NCBI GenBank assembly: GCA_973851085.1
Contig: OZ316776.1
Coordinates: 10,478,001-10,542,000, forward strand
Direction of reading: 5' to 3'
DNA from: Ptychomitrium polyphyllum
Lineage: Eukaryota
Length of the DNA: 64,000 nucleotides
In this document: one piece after another, positions 40,401 to 55,400 of the stretch
How positions within the stretch are numbered: position 1 is the first letter of the stretch
Layout: every line of letters begins with the position of its first letter
Notes under the pieces: generated by a model
What the model was told of the DNA's origin: nothing
The model's database searches: none
The model's input: the letters and a program-made list of their open reading frames with translations, nothing else
Translations under genes and position numbers: made by a program

Positions 40401-43400
40401 CTTGCAGCAACTTCCACAGCAAATTGGAGGGTTGAAGACTCTTACGTCCTTGGACCTATCTAGGTGTTCATCCTTGCAGCATCTTCTAAAGCAAATTGGA
40501 GAGTTGAAGGCTCTTACGTCCTTGGACCTATTTGGGTGTTCATCCTTGCAGCAACTTCCTTAGCAAATTGGAGAATTGAAGGCTCTTACGTCCTTGCACG
40601 TATCTAATTGTTCATCCCTGCAGCAACTTCCACAGCAAATTGCAGAGTTGAAGGCTCTTACTTCCTTGAACCTACAATGGTGTACATCCTTGCATCAACT
40701 TCCAGAGCAAATTGGAGAGTTGAAGGCTCTTACGTCCTTGGACCTATCTAGGTGTTCATCCTTGCAGCTACTTCCATAGCAAATTGGAGAGTTGAAGGCT
40801 CTTACTTCCTTGGACGTATCTGGGTGTTCATGCTTGTAGCAACTTCCACAGCAAATTGGAGAGTTGAAGGCTCTTAAGTCCTTGGACCTATCTAGGTGTT
40901 CATCCTTGCAGCAACTTCCACAACAAATTGGAGAGTTGAAGGCTCTTACGTCCTTGAACCTATCTGGGTGTTCATCCTTGCAGCTACTTCCACAGCAAAT
41001 TGGGGAGTTGAAGGTTCTTATAACCTTAGAGCTATCTGGGTGTTCATCCTTGCAGCAACTTCTACAGCAAATTGGAGAGTTGAAGGCTCTTACGTCCTTG
41101 GACCTATCTGGGTGTTCATCCTTGCAGCTACTTCCACAACAAATTGGAGAGTTGAAGGCTCTTACGTCCTTGGACCTATCCGGGTGTTCATCCTTGCAGC
41201 AACTTCCATAGCAAATTGGAGAGTTGAAGGCTCTTACTTCCTTGGACGTATCTGGGTGTTCATGCTTGTAGCAACTTCCACAGCAAATTGGAGAGTTGAA
41301 GGCTCTTAAGTCCTTGGACCTATCTAGGTGTTCATCCTTGCAGCAACTTCCACAACAAATTGGAGAGTTGAAGGCTCTTACGTCCTTGAACCTATCTGGG
41401 TGTTCATCCTTGCAGCTACTTCCACAGCAAATTGGGGAGTTGAAGGTTCTTATAACCTTAGAGCTATCTGGGTGTTCATCCTTGCAGCAACTTCTACAGC
41501 AAATTGGAGAGTTGAAGGCTCTTACGTCCTTGGACCTATCTGGGTGTTCATCCTTGCAGCTACTTCCACAACAAATTGGAGAGTTGAAGGCTCTTACGTC
41601 CTTGGACCTATCCGGGTGTTCATCCTTGCAGCAACTTCCATAGCAAATTGGAGAGTTGAAGGCTCTTACTTCCTTGGACGTATCTGGGTGTTCATGCTTG
41701 TAGCAACTTCTACAGCAAATTGGAGAGTTGAAGGCTCTTACTTCCTTGAACCTACAATGGTGTACATCATTAGTACAACTTTCAAATCAAATTGAAGAAT
41801 TGAAGGCTCTTACGTCTTTGGACCTATCTGGGTGTTCATCCTTGCAGCTACTTCCACAGCAAATTGGAGGGTTGAAGACTCTTACGTCCTTGGACCTATC
41901 TAGGTGTTCATCCTTGCAGCAACTTCCACAACAAATTGGAGAGTTGAAGGCTCTTACGTCCTTGGACCTATCTGGGTGTTCATCCTTGCAGCAACTTCCA
42001 CAACAAATTGGAGAATTGAAGGCTCTTACGTCCTCGAACGTATCTAAATGTTCATCCCTGCAGCAACTTCCACAGCAAATTGCAGAGTTGAAGGCTCTTA
42101 CTTCCTTGAACCTACAATGGTGTACATCCTTGCATCAACTTCCAGAGCAAATTGGAGAGTTGAAGGCTCTTACGTCTTTGGACCTATCTAAGTGTTCATC
42201 CTTGCAGCAACTTCCACAGCAAATTGGAGAGTTGAAGGCTCTTACGTCCTTGGACAGATCTAGGTGTTCATCCATGCAGCATCTTCCACAACAAATTGGA
42301 GAGTTGAAGGCTCTTACGTCCTTGGACCTGTTTGAGTGTTCATCCTTGCAGCAACTTCCATAGCAAATTGGAGAATTGGAGGCTCTTACGTCCTTGGACG
42401 TATCTAAATGTTTATCCTTGCAGCAACTTCCACAGCAAATTGGAGAGTTGAAGGCTCTTACGTCCTTGAATCTATCTGGGTGTTCATCCTTGTAGCAACT
42501 TCCACAACAAATTAGGGAGTTGAAGGCTCTTAAGTCCTTGGACCTATCTAGGTGTTCATCCTTGCAGCAACTTCCACAGCAAATTGGAGAATTGAAGGCT
42601 CTTACGTCCTTGGACCTATCTGGGTGTTCATCCTTGCAGCAACTTCCACAGCAAATTGGAGAGTTGAAGGTACTTACGTCCTTGAATCTATCTGGGTGTT
42701 CATCCTTGTAGCAACTTCCACAACAAATTGGAGAGTTGAAGGCTCTTACGTCCTTGGACCTATCTAGGTGTTCATCCTTGCAGCAACTTCCAGAGCAAAT
42801 TAAAGAGTTGAAGGCTCTTACAACCTTGGACCGATCTAGGTGTTCATCCATGCAGCATCTTCCAAAACAAATTGGAGAGTTGAAGGCTCATTCGTCCTTG
42901 GACCTATTTGGGTGTCCATCCTTGCAGCAACTTTCACAACAAATTGGAGAGTTGAAGGCTCTTACTTCCTTGAACCTACAATGGTGTACATCATTAGTAC
43001 AACTTTCAAATCAAATTGAAGAATTGAAGGCTTTTACGTCTTTGGACCTATCTGGGTGTTCATCCTTGCAGCTACTTCCACAGCAAATTGGAGAGTTGAA
43101 GACTCTTACGTCCTTGGTCCTATCTAGGTGTTCATCCATGCAGCATCTTCCACAACAAATTGGAGAGTTGAAGGCTCTTACGTGCTTGGACCTATTTGGG
43201 TGTTCATCCTTGCAGCAACTTTCACAACAAATTGGAGAGTTGAAGGCTCTTACTTCCTTGAACCTACAATGGTGTACATCATTAGTACAACTTTCAAATC
43301 AAATTGAAGAATTGAAGGCTCTTACGTCTTTGGACCTATCTGGATGTTCATCATTGCAGCTACTACCACAGCAAATTGGAGAGTTGAAGGCTCTTACGCC

Positions 43401-46400
43401 TTGGACCTATCTGGGTGTTCATCCTTGCAGCAACTTCCACAGCAAATTGGAGAATTGAAGGCTCTTATGTCCTTGGACCTATCTAGGTGTTTATCCTTGC
43501 AGTAACTTCTACAACAAACTGGAGAGTTGAAGGCTCTTACTTCCTTGAACCTACAACGGTGTTCATCCTTGCAGCAACTTCCACAGCAAATTGCAGAGTT
43601 GAAGGCTCTTAAGTACTTGAACCTATCAGGGTGTTCATCCATGCAGCATCTTCCACAACAAATTGGAGAGTTGAAGGCTCTTACGTCCTTGAACCTATCT
43701 AAATGTTCATCCATGCAGCATCTTCCACAACAAATTGGAGAGTTGAAGGCTCTTACATCCTTGGACCTATTTGGGTGTTCATCCTTGCAGCAACTTCCAC
43801 AGCAAATTGGAGAATTGAAGGCTCTTACGTCCTTGGACGTATCTAAATGTTCATCCTTGCAGCAACTTCCACAGCAAATTGGAGAGTTGAAGGCTCTTAC
43901 TTCCTTGAACCTACAATGGTGTACATCCTTAGAGCAACTTCTGGAGCAAATTGGAGAGTTGAAGGCTCTTACGTACTTGAACCTATCTGGGTGTTCATCC
44001 GTGCAGCTACTTCCACAGCAAATTGGAGAATTGAAGGCTCTTACGTCCTTGGACGTATCTAAATGTTCATCCTTGCAGCAACTTCCAGAGCAAATTGGAG
44101 AGTTGAAGGCTCTTACTTCCTTGAACCTACAATGGTGTACATCCTTAGAGCAACTTCTACAGCAAATTGGAGAGTTGAAGGCTCTTACGTACTTGAATGT
44201 ATCTGGGTGTTCATCCTTGCAGCTACTTCCACAGCAAATTGGAGAGTTGAAGGCTGTTACTTCCTTGGACCTATCTGGGTGTTCATCCTTGCATCAACTT
44301 CCAGAGCAAATAGGAGAGTTGAAGGCTCTTACGTCCTTGGACCTTTCTAGGTGTTCATCCTTGCAGCAACTTCCACAGCAAATTGGAGGGTTGAAGACTC
44401 TTACGTCCTTGGACCTATGTAGGTGTTCATCCTTGCAGCAACTTCCACAGCAAATTGGAGGATTGAAGGCTCTTATGTGCTTGAACCTATCTAGGTGTTC
44501 ATCCTTGCAGCAACTTCCACAACAAATTGGAGAGTTGAAGGCTCTTATGTCCTTGGACCTATCTGGGTGTTCATCCTTGCAGCAACTTCCACATCAAATT
44601 GGAGAGTTGAAGGGTCTTACGCCTTGGACCTATCTTGGTGTTCATCCTTGCAGCAACTTCCATAGCAAATTGGAGAATTGAAGGCTCTTACGTCCTTGGT
44701 CGTATCTAAATGTTCATCCTTGCAGCAACTTCCAGAGCAAATTGGAGAGTTGAAGGCTCTTACTTCCTTGAACCTACAATGGTGTACATCCTTAGAGCAA
44801 CTTCTACAGCAAATTGGAGAGTTGAAGGCTCTTACGTACTTGAATCTATCTGGGTGTTCATCCTTGCAGCTACTTCCACAGCAAATTGGAGAGTTGAAGG
44901 CTGTTACTTCCTTGGACCTATCTGGGTGTTCATCCTTGCATCAACTTCCAGAGCAAATAGGAGAGTTGAAGGCTCTTACGTCCTTGGACCTTTCTAGGTG
45001 TTCATCCTTGCAGCAACTTCCACAGCAAATTGGAGGGTTGAAGACTCTTACGTCCTTGGACCTATGTAGGTGTTCATCCTTGCAGCAACTTCCACAGCAA
45101 ATTGGAGGATTGAAGGCTCTTATGTGCTTGAACCTATCTGGGTGTTCATCCTTGCAGCAACTTCCACAACAAATTGGAGAGTTGAAGGCTCTTATGTCCT
45201 TGGACCTATCTGGGTGTTCTTCCTTGCAGCAACTTCCACATCAAATTGGAGAGTTGAAGGGTCTTACGCCTTGGACCTATCTTGGTGTTCATCCTTGCAG
45301 CAACTTCCATAGCAAATTGGAGAATTGAAGGCTCTTACGTCCTTGGTCGTATCTAAATGTTCATCCTTGCAGCAACTTCCAGAGCAAATTGGAGAGTTGA
45401 AGGCTCTTACTTCCTTGAACCTACAATGGTGTACATCCTTAGAGCAACTTCTACAGCAAATTGGAGAGTTGAAGGCTCTTACGTACTTGAATCTATCTGG
45501 GTGTTCATCCTTGCAGCTACTTCCACAGCAAATTGGAGAGTTGAAGGCTGTTACTTCCTTAACCTATCTGGGTGTTCATCCTTGCAGCAACTTCCACAGC
45601 AAATTGGAGAATTGAAGGCTCTTATGTCCTTGGACCTATCTAGGTGTTAATCCTTGCAGTAACTTCTACAACAAACTGGAGAGTTGAAGGCTCTTACTTC
45701 CTTGAACCTACAATGGTGTACATCCTTAGAGCAACTTCTGGAGCAAATTGGAGAGTTGAAGGCTCTTACGTACTTGAACCTATCTGGGTGTTCATCCTTG
45801 CAGCTACTTCCACAGCAAATTGGAGAATTGAAGGCTCTTACGTCCTTGGACGTATCTAAATGTTCATCCTTGCAGCAACTTCCAGAGCAAATTGGAGAGT
45901 TGAAGGCTCTTACTTCCTTGAACCTACAATGGTGTACATCCTTAGAGCAACTTCTACAGCAAATTGGAGAGTTGAAGGCTCTTACGTACTTGAATGTATC
46001 TGGGTGTTCATCCTTGCAGCTACTTCCACAGCAAATTGGAGAGTTGAAGGCTGTTACTTCCTTGGACCTATCTGGGTGTTCATCCTTGCATCAACTTCCA
46101 GAGCAAATAGGAGAGTTGAAGGCTCTTACGTCCTTGGACCTTTCTAGGTGTTCATCCTTGCAGCAACTTCCACAGCAAATTGGAGGGTTGAAGACTCTTA
46201 CGTCCTTGGACCTATGTAGGTGTTCATCCTTGCAGCAACTTCCACAGCAAATTGGAGGATTGAAGGCTCTTATGTGCTTGAACCTATCTAGGTGTTCATC
46301 CTTGCAGCAACTTCCACAACAAATTGGAGAGTTGAAGGCTCTTATGTCCTTGGACCTATCTGGGTGTTCATCCTTGCAGCAACTTCCACATCAAATTGGA

Positions 46401-49400
46401 GAGTTGAAGGGTCTTACGCCTTGGACCTATCTTGGTGTTCATCCTTGCAGCAACTTCCATAGCAAATTGGAGAATTGAAGGCTCTTACGTCCTTGGTCGT
46501 ATCTAAATGTTCATCCTTGCAGCAACTTCCAGAGCAAATTGGAGAGTTGAAGGCTCTTACTTCCTTGAACCTACAATGGTGTACATCCTTAGAGCAACTT
46601 CTACAGCAAATTGGAGAGTTGAAGGCTCTTACGTACTTGAATCTATCTGGGTGTTCATCCTTGCAGCTACTTCCACAGCAAATTGGAGAGTTGAAGGCTG
46701 TTACTTCCTTGGACCTATCTGGGTGTTCATCCTTGCATCAACTTCCAGAGCAAATAGGAGAGTTGAAGGCTCTTACGTCCTTGGACCTTTCTAGGTGTTC
46801 ATCCTTGCAGCAACTTCCACAGCAAATTGGAGGGTTGAAGACTCTTACGTCCTTGGACCTATGTAGGTGTTCATCCTTGCAGCAACTTCCACAGCAAATT
46901 GGAGGATTGAAGGCTCTTATGTGCTTGAACCTATCTGGGTGTTCATCCTTGCAGCAACTTCCACAACAAATTGGAGAGTTGAAGGCTCTTATGTCCTTGG
47001 ACCTATCTGGGTGTTCATCCTTGCAGCAACTTCCACATCAAATTGGAGAGTTGAAGGGTCTTACGCCTTGGACCTATCTTGGTGTTCATCCTTGCAGCAA
47101 CTTCCATAGCAAATTGGAGAATTGAAGGCTCTTACGTCCTTGGTCGTATCTAAATGTTCATCCTTGCAGCAACTTCCAGAGCAAATTGGAGAGTTGAAGG
47201 CTCTTACTTCCTTGAACCTACAATGGTGTACATCCTTAGAGCAACTTCTACAGCAAATTGGAGAGTTGAAGGCTCTTACGTACTTGAATCTATCTGGGTG
47301 TTCATCCTTGCAGCTACTTCCACAGCAAATTGGAGAGTTGAAGGCTGTTACTTCCTTAACCTATCTGGGTGTTCATCCTTGCAGCAACTTCCACAGCAAA
47401 TTGGAGAATTGAAGGCTCTTATGTCCTTGGACCTATCTAGGTGTTAATCCTTGCAGTAACTTCTACAACAAACTGGAGAGTTGAAGGCTCTTACTTCCTT
47501 GAACCTACAATGGTGTACATCATTAGTACAACTTTCAAATCAAATTGAAGAATTGAAGGCTCTTACGTCTTTGGACCTATCTGGGTGTTCATCCTTGCAG
47601 CTACTTCCACAGCAAATTGGAGAGTTGAAGGCTCTTACGCCTTGGACCTATCTGGGTGTTCATCCTTGCAGCAACTTCCACAGCAAATTGGAGAATTGAA
47701 GGCTCTTATGTCCTTGGACCTATCTAGTTGTTAATCCTTGCAGTAACTTCTACAACAAACTGGAGAGTTGAAGGCTCTTACTTCCTTGCACCTACAACGG
47801 TGTTCATCCTTGAAGCAACTTCCACAGCAAATTGCAGAGTTGAAGGCTCTTAAGTACTTGAACCTATCAGGGTGTTCATCCATGCAGCATCTTCCACAAC
47901 AAATTGGAGAGTTGAAGGCTCTTACGTCCTTGGACCTATCCGGGTGTTCATCCTTGCAGCAACTTCCATAGCAAATTGGAGAGTTGAAGGCTCTTACGTC
48001 CTTGGACCTATCTGGGTGTTCATCCTTGCAGCTACTTCCACAGCAAATTGGAGAGTTGAAGGCTGTTACTTCCTTAACCTATCTGGGTGTTCATCCTTGC
48101 AGCAACTTCCACAGCAAATTGGAGAATTGAAGGCTCTTATGTCCTTGGACCTATCTAGGTGTTAATCCTTGCAGTAACTTCTACAACAAACTGGAGAGTT
48201 GAAGGCTCTTACTTCCTTGAACCTACAATGGTGTACATCATTAGTACAACTTTCAAATCAAATTGAAGAATTGAAGGCTCTTACGTCTTTGGACCTATCT
48301 GGGTGTTCATCCTTGCAGCTACTTCCACAGCAAATTGGAGAGTTGAAGGCTCTTACGCCTTGGACCTATCTGGGTGTTCATCCTTGCAGCAACTTCCACA
48401 GCAAATTGGAGAATTGAAGGCTCTTATGTCCTTGGACCTATCTAGTTGTTAATCCTTGCAGTAACTTCTACAACAAACTGGAGAGTTGAAGGCTCTTACT
48501 TCCTTGAACCTACAACGGTGTTCATCCTTGAAGCAACTTCCACAGCAAATTGCAGAGTTGAAGGCTCTTAAGTACTTGAACCTATCAGGGTGTTCATCCA
48601 TGCAGCATCTTCCACAACAAATTGGAGAGTTGAAGGCTCTTACGTCCTTGGACCTATCCGGGTGTTCATCCTTGCAGCAACTTCCATAGCAAATTGGAGA
48701 GTTGAAGGCTCTTACGTCCTTGGACCTATCTGGGTGTTCATCCTTGCAGCTACTTCCACAGCAAATTGGAGAGTTGAAGGCTGTTACTTCCTTAACCTAT
48801 CTGGGTGTTCATCCTTGCAGCAACTTCCACAGCAAATTGGAGAATTGAAGGCTCTTATGTCCTTGGACCTATCTAGGTGTTTATCCTTGCGGTAACTTCT
48901 ACTACAAACTGGAGAGTTGAAGGCTCTTACTTCCTTGAACCTACAACGGTGTTCATCCTTGCAGCAACTTCCACAGCAAATTGGAGAGTTGAAGGCTCTT
49001 ACGTCCTTGGACCTATCTAAATGTTCATCGTTGCAGCATCTTCCACAGCAAATTGGAGAGTTGAAGGCTCTTACGTCCTTGGACCTATCTGGGTGTTCAT
49101 CCTTGCAGCTACTTCCACAGCAAATTGGAGAGTTGATGGCTCTTACGCCTTGGACCTATCTGGGTGTTTATCCTTGCAGCAACTTCTACAACAAATTGGA
49201 GAGTTGAAGGCTCTTACTTCCTTGAACCTATCTGGGTGTTTATCCTTGCGGTAACTTCTACTACAAACTGGAGAGTTGAAGGCTCTTACTTCCTTGAACC
49301 TACAACGGTGTTCATCCTTGCAGCAACTTCCACAGCAAATTGGAGAGTTGAAGGCTCTTACGTCCTTGGACCTATCTAAATGTTCATCGTTGCAGCATCT

Positions 49401-52400
49401 TCCACAGCAAATTGGAGAGTTGAAGGCTCTTACGTCCTTGGACCTATCTGGGTGTTCATCCTTGCAGCTACTTCCACAGCAAATTGGAGAGTTGATGGCT
49501 CTTACGCCTTGGACCTATCTGGGTGTTTATCCTTGCAGCAACTTCTACAACAAATTGGAGAGTTGAAGGCTCTTACTTCCTTGAACCTATCTGGGTGTTT
49601 ATCCTTGCGGTAACTTCTACTACAAACTGGAGAGTTGAAGGCTCTTACTTCCTTGAACCTACAACGGTGTTCATCCTTGCAGCAACTTCCACAGCAAATT
49701 GGAGAGTTGAAGGCTCTTACGTCCTTGGACCTATCTAAATGTTCATCGTTGCAGCATCTTCCACAGCAAATTGGAGAGTTGAAGGCTCTTACGTCCTTGG
49801 ACCTATCTGGGTGTTCATCCTTGCAGCTACTTCCACAGCAAATTGGAGAGTTGCTGGCTCTTACGCCTTGGACCTATCTGGGTGTTTATCCTTGCAGCAA
49901 CTTCGACAACAAATTGGAGAGTTGAAGGCTCTTACTTCGTTGAACCTACAATGGTGTACATCCTTAGAGCAACCTCTACAGCAAATTGGAGAGTTGAAGG
50001 CTCTTACGTACTTGAACCTATCTGGGTGTTCATCCTTGCAGCAACTTCCACAGCAAATTGGGGAGTTGAAGGCTGTTACTTCCTTGAACCTATCTGGGTG
50101 TTCATCCTTGCATCAACTTCCAGAGCAAATTGGAGAGTTGAAGGCTCTTACGTCCTTGGACCTATCTAGGCGTTTATCCTTGCAGCAACTTCTACAACAA
50201 ATTGGAGAGTTGAAGGCTCTTACTTCCTTGAACCTATCTGGGTGTTTATCCTTGCAGCAACTTCCACAGCAAATTGGAGAGTTGAAGGCTCTTACTTCCT
50301 TGGACCTATGTAGGTGTTCATCCTTGCAGCAACTTCCACAGCAAATTGGAGAATTGAAGGCTCTTACGTCCTTGGACGTATCTAAATGTTCATCCTTGCA
50401 GCAACTTCCACAGCAAATTGGAGAATTGAAGGCTCTTACGTCCTTGGACGTATCTAAATGTTCATCCTTGCAGCAACTTCCACAGCAAATTGGAGAGTTG
50501 AAGGCTCTTACTTCCTTGAACCTACAATGGTGTACATCCTTAGAGCAACTTCTGGAGCAAATTGGAGAGTTGAAGGCTCTTACGTACTTGAACCTATCTG
50601 GGTGTTCATCCTTGCAGCTACTTCCACAGCAAATTGGAGAGTTGAAGGCTCTTACTTCGTTGAACCTACAATGGTGTACATCCTTAGAGCAACTTCTACA
50701 GCAAATTGGAGAGTTGAAGGCTCTTACGTACTTGAACCTATCTGGGTGTTCATCCTTGCAGCTACTTCCACAGCAAATTGGGGAGTTGAAGGCTGTTACT
50801 TCCTTGAACCTATCTGGGTGTTCATCCTTGCATCAACTTCCAGAGCAAATTGGAGAGTTGAAGGCTCTTACGTCCTTGGACCTATCTAGGTGTTCATCCT
50901 TGCAGCAACTTCCACAGCAAATTGGAGGGTTGAAGACTCTTACGTCCTTGGACCTATGTAGGTGTTCATCCTTGCAGCAACTTCCACAGCAAATTGGAGG
51001 ATTGAAGGCTCTTATGTGCTTGAACCTATCTGGGTGTTCATCCTTGCAGCAACTTCCACAACAAATTGGAGAGTTGAAGGCTCTTACGTCCTTGGACCTA
51101 TCTAGATGTTCATCCTTGCAGCAACTTCCACAGCAAATTGGAGGGTTGAAGACTCTTACGTCCTTGGACCTATTTGGGTGTTCATCCTTGCAGCAACTTC
51201 CACAGCAAATTGGAGAATTGAAGGCTCTTACGTCCTTGGACGTATCTAAATGTTCATCCTTGCAGCAACTTCCACAGCAAATTGGAGAGTTGAAGGCTCT
51301 TACTTCCTTGAACCTACAATGGTGTACATCCTTAGAGCAACTTCTAGAGCAAATTAGAGAGTTGAAGGCTCTTACGTACTTGAACCTATCTGGGTGTTCA
51401 TCCTTGCAGCTACTTCCACAGCAAATTGGAGAATTGAAGGCTCTTACGTCCTTGGACGTATCTAAATGTTCATCCTTGCAGCAACTTCCAGAGCAAATTG
51501 GAGAGTTGAAGGCTCTTACTTCCTTGAACCTACAATGGTGTACATCCTTAGAGCAACTTCTACAGCAAATTGGAGAGTTGAAGGCTCTTACGTACTTGAA
51601 CCTATCTGGGTGTTCATCCTTGCAGCTACTTCCACAGCAAATTGGAGAGTTGAAGGCTGTTACTTCCTTGAACCTATCTGGGTGTTCATCCTTGCATCAA
51701 CTTCCAGAGCAAATAGGAGAGTTGAAGGCTCTTACGTCCTTGGACCTATCTAGGTGTTCATCCTTGCAGCAACTTCCACAGCAAATTGGAGGGTTGAAGA
51801 CTCTTACGTCCTTGGACCTATGTAGGTGTTCATCCTTGCAGCAACTTCCACAGCAAATTGGAGGATTGAAGGCTCTTATGTGCTTGAACCTATCAGGGTG
51901 TTCATCCTTGCAGCAACTTCCACAGCAAATTGGAGAGTTGAAGGCTCTTATGTCCTTGGACCTGTCTGGGTGTTCATCCTTGCAGCAACTTCTACAACAA
52001 ATTGGAGAGTTGAAAGCTCTTACGTCCTTGGACGTATCTAAATGTTCATCCTTGCAGCAACTTCCACAGCAAATTGGAGAGTTGAAGGCTCTTACTTCCT
52101 TGAACCTACAATGGTGTACATCCTTAGAGCAACTTCTACAGCAAATTGGAGAGTTGAAGGCCCTTACGTACTTGAATCTATCTGGGTGTTCATCCTTGCA
52201 GCTACTTCCACAGCAAATTGGAGAGTTGAAGGCTGTTACTTCCTTGAACCTATCTGGGTGTTCATCCTTGCATCAACTTCCAGAGCAAATTGGAGAGTTG
52301 AAGGCTCTTACGTCCTTGGACCTATCTAGATGTTCATCCTTGCAGCAACTTCCGCAGCAAATTGGAGGGTTGAAGATTCTTACGTCCTTGGACCTATCTA

Positions 52401-55400
52401 GGTGTTCATCCATGCAGCATCTTCCACAACAAATTGGAGAGTTGAAGGCTCTTACATCCTTGGACCTATTTGGGTGTTCATCCTTGCAGCAACTTCCACA
52501 GCAAATTGGAGAATTGAAGGCTCTTACGTCCTTGGACGTATCTAAATGTTCATCGTTGCAGCAACTTCCACAGCAAATTGGAGAGTTGAAGGCTCTTACT
52601 TCCTTGAACCTACAATGGTGTACATCCTTAGAGCAACTTCTGGAGCAAATTGGAGAGTTGAAGGCTCTTACGTACTTGAACCTATCTGGGTGTTCATCCT
52701 TGCAGCTACTTCCACAGCAAATTGGAGAATTGAAGGCTCTTACGTCCTTGGACGTATCTAAATGTTCATCCTTGCAGCAACTTCCAGAGCAAATTGGAGG
52801 GTTGAAGATTCTTACGTCCTTGGACCTATGTAGGTGTTCATCCTTGCAGCAACTTCCACAGCAAATTGGAGGGTTGAAGATTCTTACGTCCTTGGACCTA
52901 TGTAGGTGTTCATCCTTGCAGCAACTTCCACAGCAAATTGGAGGGTTGAAGACTCTTACGTCCTTGGACCTATCTAGGTGTTCATCCATGCAGCATCTTC
53001 CACAGCAAATTGGAGGGTTGAAGACTCTTACGTCCTTGGACCTATCTAGGTGTTCATCCTTGCAGCATTTTCTAAAGCAAATTAGAGAGTTGAAGGCTCT
53101 TACGTCCTTGGACCTATGTAGGTGTTCATCCTTGCAGCATTTTCCACAGCAAAATGGAGGGTTGAAGACTCTTACGTACTTGAACCTATCTGGGTGTTCA
53201 TCCTTGCAGCTACTTCCACAGCAAATTGGAGAATTGAAGGCTCTTACGTCCTTGGACGTATCTAAATGTTCATCCTTGCAGCAACTTCCACAGCAAATTG
53301 GAGAGTTGAAGGCTCTTACTTCTTTGGACCTATTTGGGTGTTCATCCTTGCAGCTATTTGCACAGCAAATTGGGGAGTTGAAGGCTCTTACTTCCTTGAA
53401 CCTATCTGGGTGTTCATCCTTGCAGCAACTTCTACAGCAAATTGGAGAATTGAAGGCTCTTACGTCCTTGGACCTATCTAGGTGTTCATCCATGCAGCAT
53501 CATCCACAACAAATTGGAGAGTTGAAGGCTCTTACGTCCTTGGACCTATTTGGGTGTTCATCCTTGCAGCAACTTCCACAGCAAATTGGAGAATTGAAGG
53601 CTCTTACGTCCTTGGACGTATCTAAATGTTCATCCTTGCAGCAACTTCCACAGCAAATTGGAGAGTTGAAGGCTCTTACTTCCTTGAACCTACAATGGTG
53701 TACATCCTTAGAGCAACTTCTGGAGCAAATTGGAGAGTTGAAGGCTCTTACGTACTTGAACCTATCTGGGTGTTCATCCTTGCAGCTACTTCCACAGCAA
53801 ATTGGAGAATTGAAGGCTCTTACGTCCTTGGACGTATCTAAATGTTCATCCTTGCAGCAACTTGCACAGCAAATTGGAGAGTTGAAGGCTCTTACTTCTT
53901 TGGACCTATTTGGGTGTTCATCCTTGCAGCTACTTCCACAGCAAATTGGGGAGTTGAAGGCTCTTACTTCCTTGAACCTATCTGGGTGTTCATCCTCGCA
54001 TCAACTTCCAGAGCAAATTGGAGAGTTGAAGGCTCTTACGTCCTTGGACCTTTCTAGGTGTTCATCCTTGCAGCAACTTCCACAGCAAACTGGAGGGTTG
54101 AAGACTCTTACGTCCTTGGACCTGTCTGGGTGTTCATCCTTGCAGCAACTTCTACAACAAATTGGAGAGTTGAAGGCTCTTACGTCCTTGGACCTATTTG
54201 GGTGTTCATCCTTGCAGCAACTTCCACAGCAAATTGGAGAGTTGAAGGCTCTTACGTCCTTGGACGTATCTAAATGTTCATCCTTGCAGCAACTTCCACA
54301 GCAAATTGGAGAGTTGAAGGCTCTTACTTCCTTGAACCTACAATGGTGTACATCCTTAAAGCAACTTCTACAGCAAATTGGAGAGTTGAAGGCTCTTACG
54401 TACTTGAACCTATCTGGGTGTTCATTCTTGCAGCTACTTCCACAGCAAATTGGAGAGTTGAAGGCTGTTACTTCCTTGAACCTATCTGGGTGTTCATCCT
54501 TGCATCAACTTCCAGAGCAAATAGGAGAGTTGAAGGCTCTTACGTCCTTGGACCTATCTAGATGTTCATCCTTGCAGCAACTTCCACAGCAAATTGGAGG
54601 GTTGAAGATTCTTACGTCCTTGGACCTATGTAGGTATTCATCCTTGCAGCAACTTCCACAGCAAATTGGAGGGTTGAAGACTCTTACGTCCTTGGACCTA
54701 TCTAGGTGTTCATCCATGCAGCATCTTCCACAACAAATTGGAGAGTTGAAGGCTCTTACGTCCTTGGACCTGTTTGGGTGTTCATCCTTGCAGCAACTTC
54801 CACAGCAAATTGGAGAATTGAAGGCTCTTACGTCCTTGGACGTATCTAAATGTTCATCCTTGCAGCAACTTCCACAGCAAATTGGAGAGTTGAAGGCTCT
54901 TACTTCCTTGAACCTACAATGGTGTACATCCTTAGAGCAACTTCTGGAGCAAATTGGAGAGTTGAAGGCTCTTACGTACTTGAACCTATCTGGGTGTTCA
55001 TCCTTGCAGCTACTTCCACAGCAAATTGGAGAATTGAAGGCTCTTACGTCCTTGGACGTATCTAAATGTTCATCCTTGCAGCAACTTGCACAGCAAATTG
55101 GAGAGTTGAAGGCTCTTACTTCTTTGGACCTATTTGGGTGTTCATCCTTGCAGCTACTTCCACAGCAAATTGGGGAGTTGAAGGCTCTTACTTCCTTGAA
55201 CCTATCTGGGTGTTCATCCTCGCATCAACTTCCAGAGCAAATTGGAGAGTTGAAGGCTCTTACGTCCTTGGACCTTTCTAGGTGTTCATCCTTGCAGCAA
55301 CTTCCACAGCAAATTGGAGGATTGAAGACTCTTACGTCCTTGGACCTGTCTGGGTGTTCATCCTTGCAGCAACTTCTACAACAAATTGGAGAGTTGAAGG